Source of the DNA: a virus
Taxonomy: Duplodnaviria; Caudoviricetes
IMG/VR virus record: IMGVR_UViG_3300031784_000003
DNA: 64,000 bases
Direction: 5' to 3' (one strand)
Below are positions 30,085 to 40,700 of the stretch, piece by piece. The notes beneath the pieces are model-generated. The model was given only the letters and a program-made list of their open reading frames with translations. It was not told the DNA's origin and made no database searches. Position numbers and translations under genes: made by a program. Positions within the stretch are counted from its first letter, which is position 1, and every line of letters starts with the position of its first letter.

Positions 30085-30088
30085 TAAT

Positions 30089-30868
30089 ATGGAAAATTCA
30101 AATAATATTTTAGACCCAAATTATGTACCTGAAGATTACAAGGTACCTTATGATATAATAGAATTACCTTCACAAGGTTTATTATACCCTAATAAAAAAG
30201 CGCAAGTTAAAGTAGAATATTTAACTGCATATGATGAGAATATTTTAACATCCCCAAACATTTTGGCGAATGGTAAAATTATAGATGTTCTTTTAGAAAG
30301 AAAAGTTAAAGATTTAGGTTTCGACCACAAACTTTTATTAGAAGGTGATAGAATGGCAATAATATTATTTTTAAGAGTGTCTGCATTTGGACCTATTTAT
30401 CTACAACCAGTAATTGATCCAATAAGTAAAAAAATTGTGGAGGGTGAAGTTGATTTAACTCAATTACAAAATAAAAAATTACTTGTAAAACCAGACGAAC
30501 AAGGGTTATTTGATTTCATTTTACCTACTTCTAAAAAGAATATAAAATTCAGATTTCTATCAGGAAAAGATGAAGAAGAAATTGACATTTTAGATAATCA
30601 ATTAATGGAAAGAAATAAAAATGAAATTTCTAATAGAACTACATTAAGGTTAGAAAGATTAATTATGGATATCGATGGTGAAAGAGATAAAATAAAAATA
30701 TCTAATTTACTAAAGGCATTACCTATTATGGATATTAGAAAATTAAATAAATATATTTCTGAAATCGAACCAGGAGTAGATTTCAAAACTAGCGCTAGGA
30801 CTCTGGGGGGAGAGTCCGTTACTACCTTTCTTAGAATCAATAAAAATTTATTTTGGCCTGACATCTAA
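30089..30868 (+). CDS. gp26: Baseplate hub/tail assembly chaperone, T4 gp26-like
   Basis: IELPSQGLLYP, YLTAYDENIL, GDRMAIILFLR and LPTSKKNIKFRFL motifs; lies between the tube and tape-measure genes. Confidence 0.8.
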   Translation: MENSNNILDPNYVPEDYKVPYDIIELPSQGLLYPNKKAQVKVEYLTAYDENILTSPNILANGKIIDVLLERKVKDLGFDHKLLLEGDRMAIILFLRVSAFGPIYLQPVIDPISKKIVEGEVDLTQLQNKKLLVKPDEQGLFDFILPTSKKNIKFRFLSGKDEEEIDILDNQLMERNKNEISNRTTLRLERLIMDIDGERDKIKISNLLKALPIMDIRKLNKYISEIEPGVDFKTSARTLGGESVTTFLRINKNLFWPDI

Positions 30869-30995
30869 CCATCAACAATATCTTTTAAAAGAAATATTGT
30901 TTTTGGTTGGTCGAGGTTTTACATATTCAGATATTCTGATTATGCCAACTTATATGCGTAAATTTTATATTGATTATTTAGTCCCTAAAGAGTAA
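30852..30995 (+). CDS. T4 gp51-like frame without its own start; candidate +1 frameshift extension of the gp26-like gene
   Basis: FGLTSNHQQYLLKEILFLVGRGFTYSDILIMPTYMRKFYIDYLVPKE*. The frame is open from 30780 to 30995 and its first ATG (30942) lies inside the conserved motif. Confidence 0.65.
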   Translation, partial: FGLTSNHQQYLLKEILFLVGRGFTYSDILIMPTYMRKFYIDYLVPKE

Positions 30996-31027
30996 AATAA
31001 AATACTCATATATTTATATAATAAATA

Positions 31028-31537
31028 ATGTATATGAATATAGATAAATATATAACTACAGTATCTAATCTTAATATGTTAATAGAGACAATAACTAATA
31101 ATGATATTGAAGATGTCCAGAATAGTATTAATGTCGCAAAAGAGAAAATAGATATGTTAGATGCTCAGATACAAAGTCGATTGGCTACATCAAATGAGTC
31201 AAATGTTATACCCTACACTGATATTAGAATAGAATTTTTTGACACAATTAAAACTAACGTAAGAGAATCTGTAGAAAAATACGAAATAGAACTTAGTGGG
31301 AGAGAAAATTTAAAGGTTGTTGGTTTTGATGCAATAGAAAAATTTATTGTTGTCCGTAAAAACCAATGGATTAAATCAGTTGCATTAAAAATATATTATA
31401 AAACAATTGGTACAAGAATAAAACAAACAGGAGAATATCAATTATTTTATAATGAAAGAGGGGACCTTTCTGGATACAATATGACAAGATCGGGTATTAA
31501 GGATGGTTTTAGATTTGAAATAATTTCACTTTCTTAG
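31028..31537 (+). CDS. Hypothetical protein
   Basis: 169-aa ORF preceded by ATATTTAT at 31010-31017. Confidence 0.65.
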   Translation: MYMNIDKYITTVSNLNMLIETITNNDIEDVQNSINVAKEKIDMLDAQIQSRLATSNESNVIPYTDIRIEFFDTIKTNVRESVEKYEIELSGRENLKVVGFDAIEKFIVVRKNQWIKSVALKIYYKTIGTRIKQTGEYQLFYNERGDLSGYNMTRSGIKDGFRFEIISLS

Positions 31538-31543
31538 ATAAAA

Positions 31544-31690
31544 ATGTTAGAAAATTTAGGAAATAATGTAAAAAAAATTGTTAATAATTCAGTTCAAAAA
31601 ACTGAAATTAATGAAATAGTAAAAATTTTTGAAAAAATAAAAAAAGATTTTGAAAAAATAAAAGAGGATTTTGAAAAAAATAAAAAGTAA
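31544..31690 (+). CDS. 48-aa micro-ORF with heptad repeats, coupled to the tape-measure gene
   Basis: MLENLGNNVKKIVNNSVQKTEINEIVKIFEKIKKDFEKIKEDFEKNKK*; its TAA overlaps the tape-measure ATG (TAATG). Confidence 0.5.
   Translation: MLENLGNNVKKIVNNSVQKTEINEIVKIFEKIKKDFEKIKEDFEKNKK
31625..31687 (+). repeat. Three imperfect 21-bp tandem repeats
   Basis: ATTTTTGAAAAAATAAAAAAA / GATTTTGAAAAAATAAAAGAG / GATTTTGAAAAAAATAAAAAG. Confidence 0.85.
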
Positions 31691-33648
31691 TGAGTTCACC
31701 TGCAACACAAGATGATATAGAAAAATTAAAGGAACAGATAAAGGATCTTAATGAAAGAATCGATGAGTTAACTGGAAACATGTCCAAACTTAAAAAAGAA
31801 AGTGAAGAGTTTAATGGACGTATTGGGGATAGTAATGACTTATTAGGTGATGCAGTTCTGAAAGTGAGAGACATGGGTAAAGAATTTAGAAAATTTGCCA
31901 CCGATACAAAAGCCCAATACCAATTAGCAGAAGGTTTAGCGGAAAAAAGTAAAGAAACTGCGGTAAATATTGGTATTTCTGTTGGTAGAAGTCAACAATT
32001 TACAAAAGAATTTAATAGGGCAACTGCTGAAGTTACTAAATTTGGTGGTTCAATGAACGATGTCGCGGGTATTATGGAAGAAATGAGTGATAAAAGTGGT
32101 AGGGCTAGAATTATTTCATCTGAAGAAGTAGGGAATATTTTTAAAATTTCAAAATCATTAGCACTTGATAAAGATTCAGTAGCTCAAATGGCAGAACGTT
32201 TCGATTTAATGGGTGTGAGTTCAGAAAAATTTTATGAACATATAAATCAAATGACTATAGATAGTCAAAAATTAGGATTAAATTCTAAAAAAGTTGGTGA
32301 AGCTCTACAAAATAACTTTGAAACTATGTCTAATATGTCATTTAAAAATGGTGTCAAAGGTATGACCGAAATGGCAAAGTTAGCAGTCCAAATGAGAATG
32401 GATGTTCAGGATATGTTAACAATGGCAGGAAAATTCTACAACCCTGAAGATGCAATAAATGCAGCTGCCGAATTACAACTTTTAGGTGGTGATATTGCAG
32501 AGGCGTTTGGTGATCCTTTTGAGACTATGTATTTGGCTAGAAACAAACCAGAAGAATTAGCTAAAAAGGTTTCAAAAATGACTGAAAATATGATTCAGTT
32601 TAATGAAGAAACAGGTGAGTATGAATTACCTGCAGAAGCAAGACAACAATTTGAAGCATTAGCAAAAACAATTGGTGGAACTGCAGATGACTTAATTGAT
32701 ATGTCTAGACAGGCAGCTAAAATTAAAGACATCAAGATGAACGTTTCTGGAAATATCACCGATGAAGATATGAGGGAAGGTTTGGCTGGTATGGCTAAAA
32801 TGAAAGATGGTAAATGGGTAGTAGATTTTAAAGGAGAACAATTAGATATTGGCGATATTGGTATGGATCAAGCTGCAGAAATTTTGGCAGCACCAAAAGA
32901 TTCAGATGATGCTATAATGGATATTGCAATGAATTCAATGACTACCAATCAAATATTAACAAATATTTTAGCGGCAATGAAAACTGGTTATGTCGCAGAA
33001 AAAAATGTATATGAAATAAGTGAAGATATTCTTAGACCAAGTATGAGATCACTTACTGAGGGCGTTGAAGGTCAAGTTGAAAAAGTAATACAAAAACTTC
33101 AAGATACTCCTATTGGGGATATTAGAAAATTAATGTTAGAACAAGGAAGGGCATTAGGTTTAGAATCTGGAGAAAAAATAAAACAAGTATTCGAAATAGA
33201 TATGTCCGAAGAACTTATAGATTTAGTAGAAAAACTACCTAAACTTAAAATGGACCTTGATGAAATTTTAAATAAAGTTAGACTTGATGGTGAATCAGTT
33301 GAAAAAACTGGTGAAGAACATAATGATTTTATGTTAAGGTCTTCAGGTGAAATTACGAGTTTTACTAATGAAGATGATATTATTGGTGCAAAAAAAGGTG
33401 GACCATTAGATAAATTAATGGATAAAAGTTTATCATCAAATAATATTGGTGGTGTACCCTCAAAAATAGAGTTTGGTACATTGGATATATCAGGTAGAAT
33501 TGAACTTGTTTCTCCAAATGGTTCTATTAGTAATATTGATATGGAATCATTAAAACCTATGATACAAAAAACAGTTATATCTCACTTAAATGGTACATTT
33601 AGAAATGGTGGAGTACCTTCAAGTAAAGAGTCAACAGATGTAATGTAA
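31690..33648 (+). CDS. Tape measure protein
   Basis: Long alpha-helical, A/M/E/K-rich protein with an N-terminal coiled coil, downstream of the tube and chaperone genes. Confidence 0.75.
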   Translation: MSSPATQDDIEKLKEQIKDLNERIDELTGNMSKLKKESEEFNGRIGDSNDLLGDAVLKVRDMGKEFRKFATDTKAQYQLAEGLAEKSKETAVNIGISVGRSQQFTKEFNRATAEVTKFGGSMNDVAGIMEEMSDKSGRARIISSEEVGNIFKISKSLALDKDSVAQMAERFDLMGVSSEKFYEHINQMTIDSQKLGLNSKKVGEALQNNFETMSNMSFKNGVKGMTEMAKLAVQMRMDVQDMLTMAGKFYNPEDAINAAAELQLLGGDIAEAFGDPFETMYLARNKPEELAKKVSKMTENMIQFNEETGEYELPAEARQQFEALAKTIGGTADDLIDMSRQAAKIKDIKMNVSGNITDEDMREGLAGMAKMKDGKWVVDFKGEQLDIGDIGMDQAAEILAAPKDSDDAIMDIAMNSMTTNQILTNILAAMKTGYVAEKNVYEISEDILRPSMRSLTEGVEGQVEKVIQKLQDTPIGDIRKLMLEQGRALGLESGEKIKQVFEIDMSEELIDLVEKLPKLKMDLDEILNKVRLDGESVEKTGEEHNDFMLRSSGEITSFTNEDDIIGAKKGGPLDKLMDKSLSSNNIGGVPSKIEFGTLDISGRIELVSPNGSISNIDMESLKPMIQKTVISHLNGTFRNGGVPSSKESTDVM

Positions 33649-33652
33649 ATTT

Positions 33653-33770
33653 TTTTAAAATATTTTAAAATCACTATTGACTTTTTAAAATATAATTACT
33701 ATTATTACAAGGACCTGCAAATACTAGTAAAAATAATATTATATTAATAATAACAAATATAAATATTATT
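33653..33770. other. Structured AT-rich intergenic element (palindrome + host-type promoter + hairpin)
   Basis: 18-bp palindrome at 33653-33670; TTG-N20-TATTATTA at 33677-33707; imperfect 14-bp inverted repeat at 33732-33770. Confidence 0.4.
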
Positions 33771-33827
33771 ATTTAATTATCCAGAATTTTATTGATCTAA
33801 TATTTATATAATAAGAAAATATTATAT

Positions 33828-36800
33828 ATGGCAGGAATATTAGATTATAGTAAAGGTATATATTCTACACAAGGATTTAGAGATAGTCTATTGAATAGAA
33901 ATTTACCTCCACCAGTTAATGAAACTTTAACTCAGGCAGGATTAGTTTCTAAATTACAAGATATAGGTACAGTAATAAGTGTGCCTGTTAATGGTGAGGC
34001 AAATGAAAATATACCTGTCCATTACGATGTAAATAAAAGATTATTCCCGTTAGGTAATTTTTATAGAGTTACACAGAATGTTAATTTAAACAGATATATT
34101 CCACAAGATGAAATATATGAAGTTTATGAATTAACTTACCCTATTAATTTAGGTTATCCATTACCTGAAGGTTTTGGTGAAAAAGTAAGAGATGATTATC
34201 CAATATCATATAATCAAGAACAATTTTTTTTAGTTAATAAAGGTGATCAAAAAGGTGTTAAATTTCCATTTAATGTAATTGATACATATAAATCATTAAA
34301 TTTCCAAAAAGAAAGTTCATTAGGGTTAATAGGTGGTCAACAATTAGAAAAAACTATAATAGATAAAATCGCACAAGTTTCTGAAGAAGTTGGTAACTCT
34401 AATAAAAAAACAGGGTATATTACAGAACCAATTGATAATATTGTTGACAATTTCGTTAATAAATTAAGAGGTAATGATCAATTCTTCAATACTCTACCAA
34501 ATAATGCAGTTGGGTGGAATGAATATAATAGTAGTGCAAAATCAGGTTCAGAATTATTAAAATCAGATTTAGATATACAAGAAGGTGTTGAACCTACTAT
34601 GACCACTGAAGTAAGGATGAATACTTTATTAAGTAGGACTAGTACAACACAAGTATCATTTGCGTTTAACTTATTAAATAGAAATGACTACAGACCATTA
34701 TATGAAGATAGAAGATTAGAAGGTACATCAGACGCAGGTTTAAATGAGAGATACTATATAGGTAATGAGAAAAATACTAATAGAGGTAATAGAATAACTA
34801 AAAAATTTAATAGTGATGACTTTAATGGTGGGCCTGATACATCAGGAAACGCTAAAAGAACTACAATTGAGGGAGTAGGAGAACCTTTTGGTGAACCAAA
34901 TAAATTTTTCTGGGCAACAGGTGGTGAACAAAATTTTAATGAAAAAACTTTATTATATAAAACACAACAATTAGTTGATAATAATCAAAATGATGTGTTT
35001 ATTAATCAAACTAAAAAGTATTTTAAAGATAAAGAACAAGGTAGAATTATAAGTAGGGGTAATGCAATTAAAACTCTTGATTTAATAGATATAGATGGTA
35101 ATGGTAATTTTTGTAGAGTTTGGACTGTTAATGATAGATATAGTTATGCAAACGCTATAAGAAATACAGGTTTATTTTTCTCACCTGACAAAGACTTACA
35201 AGGTTTTTCAGTTACTAATGGTAAAGCGTCTCAAAGTGTATTGATGGATAATGGTATACCTAAGTACCATCCTGTATTATCAGATTCCTCAACTACTCGT
35301 AAAAAATTTATGTTATCCATAGAAAATTTGGCTTGGGCAGATAACTTAGCAGATTTACCATTGAGTGAAATTGGTCCTGGAGATATTTTAAATGGGAACA
35401 AAGGTAGAATAATGTGGTTTCCACCATATGAATTAACTTTTGATGAAAATACTAGTGCGAATTGGAATAAAAATGAATTTATAGGTAGAAGTGAACCTGT
35501 TTATACATATAATAATTCTAGTAGGTCAGGACAATTAGGTTTTAAAATAATTGTCGATCACCCTAGAGTTATAAATTGTTATAGAGGAAACTCTACAAAC
35601 CTTACTGAAAGATTCTTTGCGGGTTGTGCTACACCTGAAGAGTTTTTAAGGGCATTAGAATGTTCAGTAACCCAAAGTGACTTAGAAGAAATAAAGAAGA
35701 AAATTTATGAAAAAAAACCTCAAAAAACTGTAGATGTTGAAAGTAAAGATGATGATGGTACAGTATTACTTGATCAGATAAAAGATTGTGATTCTAAAAC
35801 TGAAAATTGTAAGGCAAAAAGAATACCAAATGAAGATAATTTAAATTCAATAGTATCAAAAATAAAAACATTTGTAGAAAAACAAAGTGGTAACACTAAC
35901 CCAAAAGTTAAAATTACATTAAACGGATGGGTAGGAAAGGGTGCTACTGTAGATAAAAGCGGAGAACCAACAAGTGATAATGGTACAAAATTAAGTAAAG
36001 AATTTGCGGATAAAGTTAAAACAGAAATTGAATCTAAATTAAATTCTTCGGGTATTGACACAAAATTATTATCTAATATAAGTCCTATTGTGACTAAAGG
36101 TAATATTGCGGCAAATACTGAAAATGAAAATGATTATAGGGTTCATGTAAAAATGGAAAATGATACCCAAAATTCTGATCAAACTAAACCAAAAGACGAA
36201 GATAAAGGAGATGGTGCAGGTAGTTTTGATCCTGAAGATATTAGATTAGTAGATAATTTAATTATCGATGAGGGGGCATATTTTGATTACATTGATGAAA
36301 ATTACCCTAATTATTTTAAATATATTTCTGCAAAAATAAAATATTTCCATCCTGGATTTCATAGTATTACACCAGAAGGTTTTAATAGTAGACTAACTTT
36401 TTTAAATCAGTGTATGAAACAAGGTCCGAGTATATATGATAGAAAAACTTTAAAAGATGGAACTGAGGTTGGGGTTCAACCACAAAACTTATCTTTTGGT
36501 AGACCACCAATTTGTATATTAAGAATAGGTGATTTTTTCCACACTAAAATTGTTATAAATAGTTTATCTATAACTTATGATGGACCTCAATGGGATCTTA
36601 ACCCTGAAGGTATAGGGGTACAACCTATGATTGCTACAGTATCTTTAAGTATTGATTATATTGGCGGACATTCTTTAGTTGGACCACTTAATAGATTACA
36701 AAACGCAGTTTCATTTAATTATTATGCGAATACAGAAATGTACGATGTTAGATCTGATAGTATCGATTCGTCTACAGGTAAAGTAGTAGATGGGGTAAAA

Positions 36801-37430
36801 TTAGGTGAACTTAAAAAAGGTTTAGTTGGTGAAAAGAATTTAGAAAAATATATCGAATCACTTAAAAAAGAAGGTATCGTTGATCAAACAAAAGAAAATG
36901 AGAATGCTAATGGTGCAAAAACTACTGAAAATACAGGAGTATTAGAAATTGCAATAAAAGATAAAAATAGTGTAGTTATAAAAACCAAAGACGGTAAGAA
37001 ACCAGGAGATATTGAAATTGATGGTAAAAAAGAAAGTAAGAATAGTATTGTTGGGGAAATATCTGTTGGTAACACTAAAGTAAATGAAAAACCTGATAGT
37101 GAAACATCTGAAGTAGTAATAAATGTTTTATCTGTGGATAAGTTTGAAGGTAAAATTATGTTACCTGAAACACTGAAAAATTTAGAGACTGCCGTTGCAG
37201 AAAAACAAAAGGAATTAGATGATTTAATTGCGCTTGCTAAAATTGATCCTACTGTAAAAAATTCTGAAATAAGGAAAGCAGAAAATGACTTAAAAGATCA
37301 ACAAAAAAATTTAGAAAAATATAAATCATCTGCTTCTGACAAAGTTACTGTAGTTGCTTATTTAGATAAAAATAAAAAAACAACTACTGTGAGTAAAACA
37401 TTTACAATCACTCAAAATGGGTTAAATTAA
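33828..37430 (+). CDS. Tube-initiator/baseplate protein with two gp48/gp54-like domains and a degenerate OmpA-like insert
   Basis: MWFPPYELTFDE…WNKNEFIGRSEPVYTY…R and PPICILRIGDF…IVINSLSITY…PMIATVSLSI tube-fold patterns; follows the tape measure and precedes the LysM gene. Confidence 0.6.
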   Translation: MAGILDYSKGIYSTQGFRDSLLNRNLPPPVNETLTQAGLVSKLQDIGTVISVPVNGEANENIPVHYDVNKRLFPLGNFYRVTQNVNLNRYIPQDEIYEVYELTYPINLGYPLPEGFGEKVRDDYPISYNQEQFFLVNKGDQKGVKFPFNVIDTYKSLNFQKESSLGLIGGQQLEKTIIDKIAQVSEEVGNSNKKTGYITEPIDNIVDNFVNKLRGNDQFFNTLPNNAVGWNEYNSSAKSGSELLKSDLDIQEGVEPTMTTEVRMNTLLSRTSTTQVSFAFNLLNRNDYRPLYEDRRLEGTSDAGLNERYYIGNEKNTNRGNRITKKFNSDDFNGGPDTSGNAKRTTIEGVGEPFGEPNKFFWATGGEQNFNEKTLLYKTQQLVDNNQNDVFINQTKKYFKDKEQGRIISRGNAIKTLDLIDIDGNGNFCRVWTVNDRYSYANAIRNTGLFFSPDKDLQGFSVTNGKASQSVLMDNGIPKYHPVLSDSSTTRKKFMLSIENLAWADNLADLPLSEIGPGDILNGNKGRIMWFPPYELTFDENTSANWNKNEFIGRSEPVYTYNNSSRSGQLGFKIIVDHPRVINCYRGNSTNLTERFFAGCATPEEFLRALECSVTQSDLEEIKKKIYEKKPQKTVDVESKDDDGTVLLDQIKDCDSKTENCKAKRIPNEDNLNSIVSKIKTFVEKQSGNTNPKVKITLNGWVGKGATVDKSGEPTSDNGTKLSKEFADKVKTEIESKLNSSGIDTKLLSNISPIVTKGNIAANTENENDYRVHVKMENDTQNSDQTKPKDEDKGDGAGSFDPEDIRLVDNLIIDEGAYFDYIDENYPNYFKYISAKIKYFHPGFHSITPEGFNSRLTFLNQCMKQGPSIYDRKTLKDGTEVGVQPQNLSFGRPPICILRIGDFFHTKIVINSLSITYDGPQWDLNPEGIGVQPMIATVSLSIDYIGGHSLVGPLNRLQNAVSFNYYANTEMYDVRSDSIDSSTGKVVDGVKLGELKKGLVGEKNLEKYIESLKKEGIVDQTKENENANGAKTTENTGVLEIAIKDKNSVVIKTKDGKKPGDIEIDGKKESKNSIVGEISVGNTKVNEKPDSETSEVVINVLSVDKFEGKIMLPETLKNLETAVAEKQKELDDLIALAKIDPTVKNSEIRKAENDLKDQQKNLEKYKSSASDKVTVVAYLDKNKKTTTVSKTFTITQNGLN

Positions 37431-37435
37431 TAAAT

Positions 37436-37762
37436 ATGGGAAAAGAATATTTTGATAGATATCAGAGTTTTAAATTTGATGGTAAGTATTTACCATTACC
37501 TTATATCGGTATACCACCTAAAGGTTCGGATAAAAGTGTTGTATATGAATCTCAAATTTCTAGGTTAGATAAGTTGAGTCAAAAATATTATAATAACCCT
37601 TATCATGGTTGGTTAATATTACTAGCAAACCCACAATACGGTGGTGTTGAAGAAAATATACCTAATGGTGAAATAATTAGAATACCATTTCCTTTTAGAG
37701 ATAGTGTGCAACAATATATTGATGAAACACAGAAATACATCAATTTATATATTAAAAAATAA
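37436..37762 (+). CDS. LysM-type baseplate protein (T4 gp53/P2 gpX-like)
   Basis: RLDKLSQKYYNNPYHGWLILLAN…GEIIRIP. Confidence 0.8.
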   Translation: MGKEYFDRYQSFKFDGKYLPLPYIGIPPKGSDKSVVYESQISRLDKLSQKYYNNPYHGWLILLANPQYGGVEENIPNGEIIRIPFPFRDSVQQYIDETQKYINLYIKK

Positions 37763-37768
37763 AATTTT

Positions 37769-40700
37769 ATGGACCCTAAAGTAGATAAAATTGGTAAAGC
37801 ATTTATTGTTGATCCAAACCCGCCAGGTATGGAAATAGTTCCGCCAGAAGATTTATTCATTTATGTTAAATTTTCTGCTTACCCTAGAAGTAGGGTAACT
37901 TATGGTGGTGAGAATAAAACTTTTAATAGTGGTATAGAAGATGAAGTTCATTTCATATCAACTAATTTAAAATATAATAGTCAAACAGGTAAATTAGATC
38001 CTACATTACAAAAATCTTATGCGACTACTGATTGGACAAATATCGGTGGATTTTCTAAAGATGTGAAATCAAGAAGTGCTGGTGCTTTAGAGGGGTTTGG
38101 TATTAAATCTATTGATATAAAATATAATTCTAGTTTAGTACCTACAGTAGATATTACATTTACAGATGTTAGAGGTGGTGCATTGTTCGATGTTATTAAA
38201 GATGATGATAGATTATCACCTTATAGTATATTTTTTAAAATGCCTTATCCAGTTTTTAACCTATCAATTAAAGGATATTTTGGACAAAAAGTTGATTTTT
38301 GTTTACATATGGTTAATTGGACATCTAGTTTTGATGGTTCGACAGGTAATTTTGATATTAGTGCAAATTTTTTAGGATTCCAACAAGCATTTTTAAATGA
38401 TATGGTTTTAGGTAACATAATAGGTGTGATAAACACACCTGAAGGTTATAATAAATTAAATAAAATTTATGATGAAAGTAATTCACAAATTGGTTCTTCC
38501 GATTTAAATGGTAAAACTTTAGAAGAGATTAGAAAAAATGGTGATTTAAATATAAGAAAAATAGATGATTTTTTTACTCAAATAAGTAAATTACAAGTAC
38601 AATCTGAAATTATAAAAACAGATTTAGATAGTTTTAAGTTATTAAAAGATTTAAATGGAAAATTAAGTTTATTAAAAACAATTAGAACTTTTATCGGTTC
38701 TCCTATATTGAAAGAGGCGGAGAATAATAGTAATGGTAGTAGTCAAAAAAATCAACAAACTAAATCTTATTTAGAAACTGATAATAGAAAAGATCAAATA
38801 CAGACATCACCTATAAAAGATGATGAGTTGATTATTAATAATAATTATTTATCTATACGTGATTACATTATTTTTAATTCAGTTAATAGGTTAGCATTTA
38901 AATCTTATGTTAGCACATTAAATTCAATAATATTAAAATATCAAGAATATATTAATACTACAGAAAAAACTGTAAAAGATGAAGTAAAAGATAAAAATTT
39001 GATAGAATCTTTTAAATCTATAGGTGATGAGAATAATTGGGAAAATTTTATTGTATCACCGACATTAAATGCTAGTGGTAAACCTGATTTTAAAAAATTA
39101 CAAAACGTATTAGAAGATTTATATACTTCAGGGTCAACAATATATTTAATTAAACCTTATGTTGGTGGACCTGAAGTAAATACTGGTTTTGATGTGGGTT
39201 CTTTTATAAAAAGGGTAAATGAAAGAAATTTTTATGCACCTAAAACAAAATTATTAGAATCAACAAATGTATTGATTGCAGATTTTAGAAAACAAAGAAC
39301 TTTATTAGAAGATATTATAATAGATTTAGAATCTATTATAAAAGTACAAAAAGAAAAAGTACAAGAAGAATTAAATAAAAAATTATTAGAGAATTTTAGA
39401 TCAGAATTAAAAGTTAATTTTGACCCTACAATTGGTAAATGTTTTGAGATTATTGCAAATAATACACAAGCAATGGTTGAAACTGTTTATGATATTAGTC
39501 AGGCAGCGGAACAGAAATCTATTTCTAGTAATAGACAGAGTGTATTAAAAACTTATGAAACTGACGTTCCAACAGGAATAGATGGGGTTGCTTGGCCTTC
39601 AATATACCAAAAAAATGATAAGGGGGACATTCAAGAAATATATGTGGGTGAAATAACTGGTGTTAATACATCAGATTTCCCTGAATGGGATTTTGTTGAA
39701 AGGGTTTTTGAAAACTTAGTGGGTAAAACTAAACAATTAGAAGATGTTAGTAAATCTTCTATATTAAAAAATGGTTTAGATACTGACAATTGGTTTCCTA
39801 TTAACCCTATTGATTATAGTATAAATCCTTGGATAAAATTAAATTCTTTAAATGACGTTAAAAAAATAGGTAATGAATTAGTTGAAAAATTTTTTACTAG
39901 AATTGCGTTATTAGATAACTATACAAGATATTCCCCTAATACTGGATTAAAAGACATTGATAGTTACGCTAGATTAGAATCTATTGCGGCAAATAAAACA
40001 ATTTTTTCAGAAAAGGCTAGACAAATAATATCTAATATATTGATAGATATAGACACTCAAATTAATGCAACTGGTTCTATTTTTGTTCCTGATGATAAAT
40101 TTGATTTAAAAAAATGTAAGTTCTATACCGATTTTATTTTAGAAGAACCTAATAACTATATTATTAGTGAAGAGAATAGTTTTCAAAAAATAGGGAATTT
40201 TAAAATAAGTGGTACGTTTTCTGATAAAGTAGATTATATTTTATTTGATGATCCGTCTATCATTAATAATAGTAAAAAATTATTTCAAGAAATAAAAGAC
40301 GATGAAACATATAGAAAATTTGCAGATAAAAAATCTAGTCCACCAAGTAAAGAATTTAAAACCAATCTATTCTTTAAAAATTTTATTTCTAGTGCAAATA
40401 ATCTAACAACATATAATTCTTTTAATGTTTGGTTTGATGATGTTTGTAATAACATTCTTAAATCTAGTGATAATGAAATATTAGGTAATTTAAATAAATG
40501 TAAAATAATTGATTTTAATCCAGGTCTTTCTACATTAAATAATTCGAGTGGTTCTACATATAATAGTAAATATATTAATATGACATATTTTAGACAGAAT
40601 ACTAATACTTCTGTTGATTATGAAGATATTATGACATATTCAGAACTATACGATAAACAAAGTTCTAATTACGCTAGGGCATTATTATTGTTATCTACAT

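Noticed and set aside
30844-30861. -1 slippery heptamer A_AAT_TTA at the end of the gp26-like gene
   Set aside because: It fits X_XXY_YYZ in frame, but the -1 frame hits TGA at 30859-30861 and does not reach the gp51-like frame, which needs +1 or -2.
31608-31901. Minus-strand 97-aa ORF with FFQN repeats
   Set aside because: It is the reverse complement of the 21-bp repeats and the tape-measure start; the plus-strand reading is better supported by coupling.
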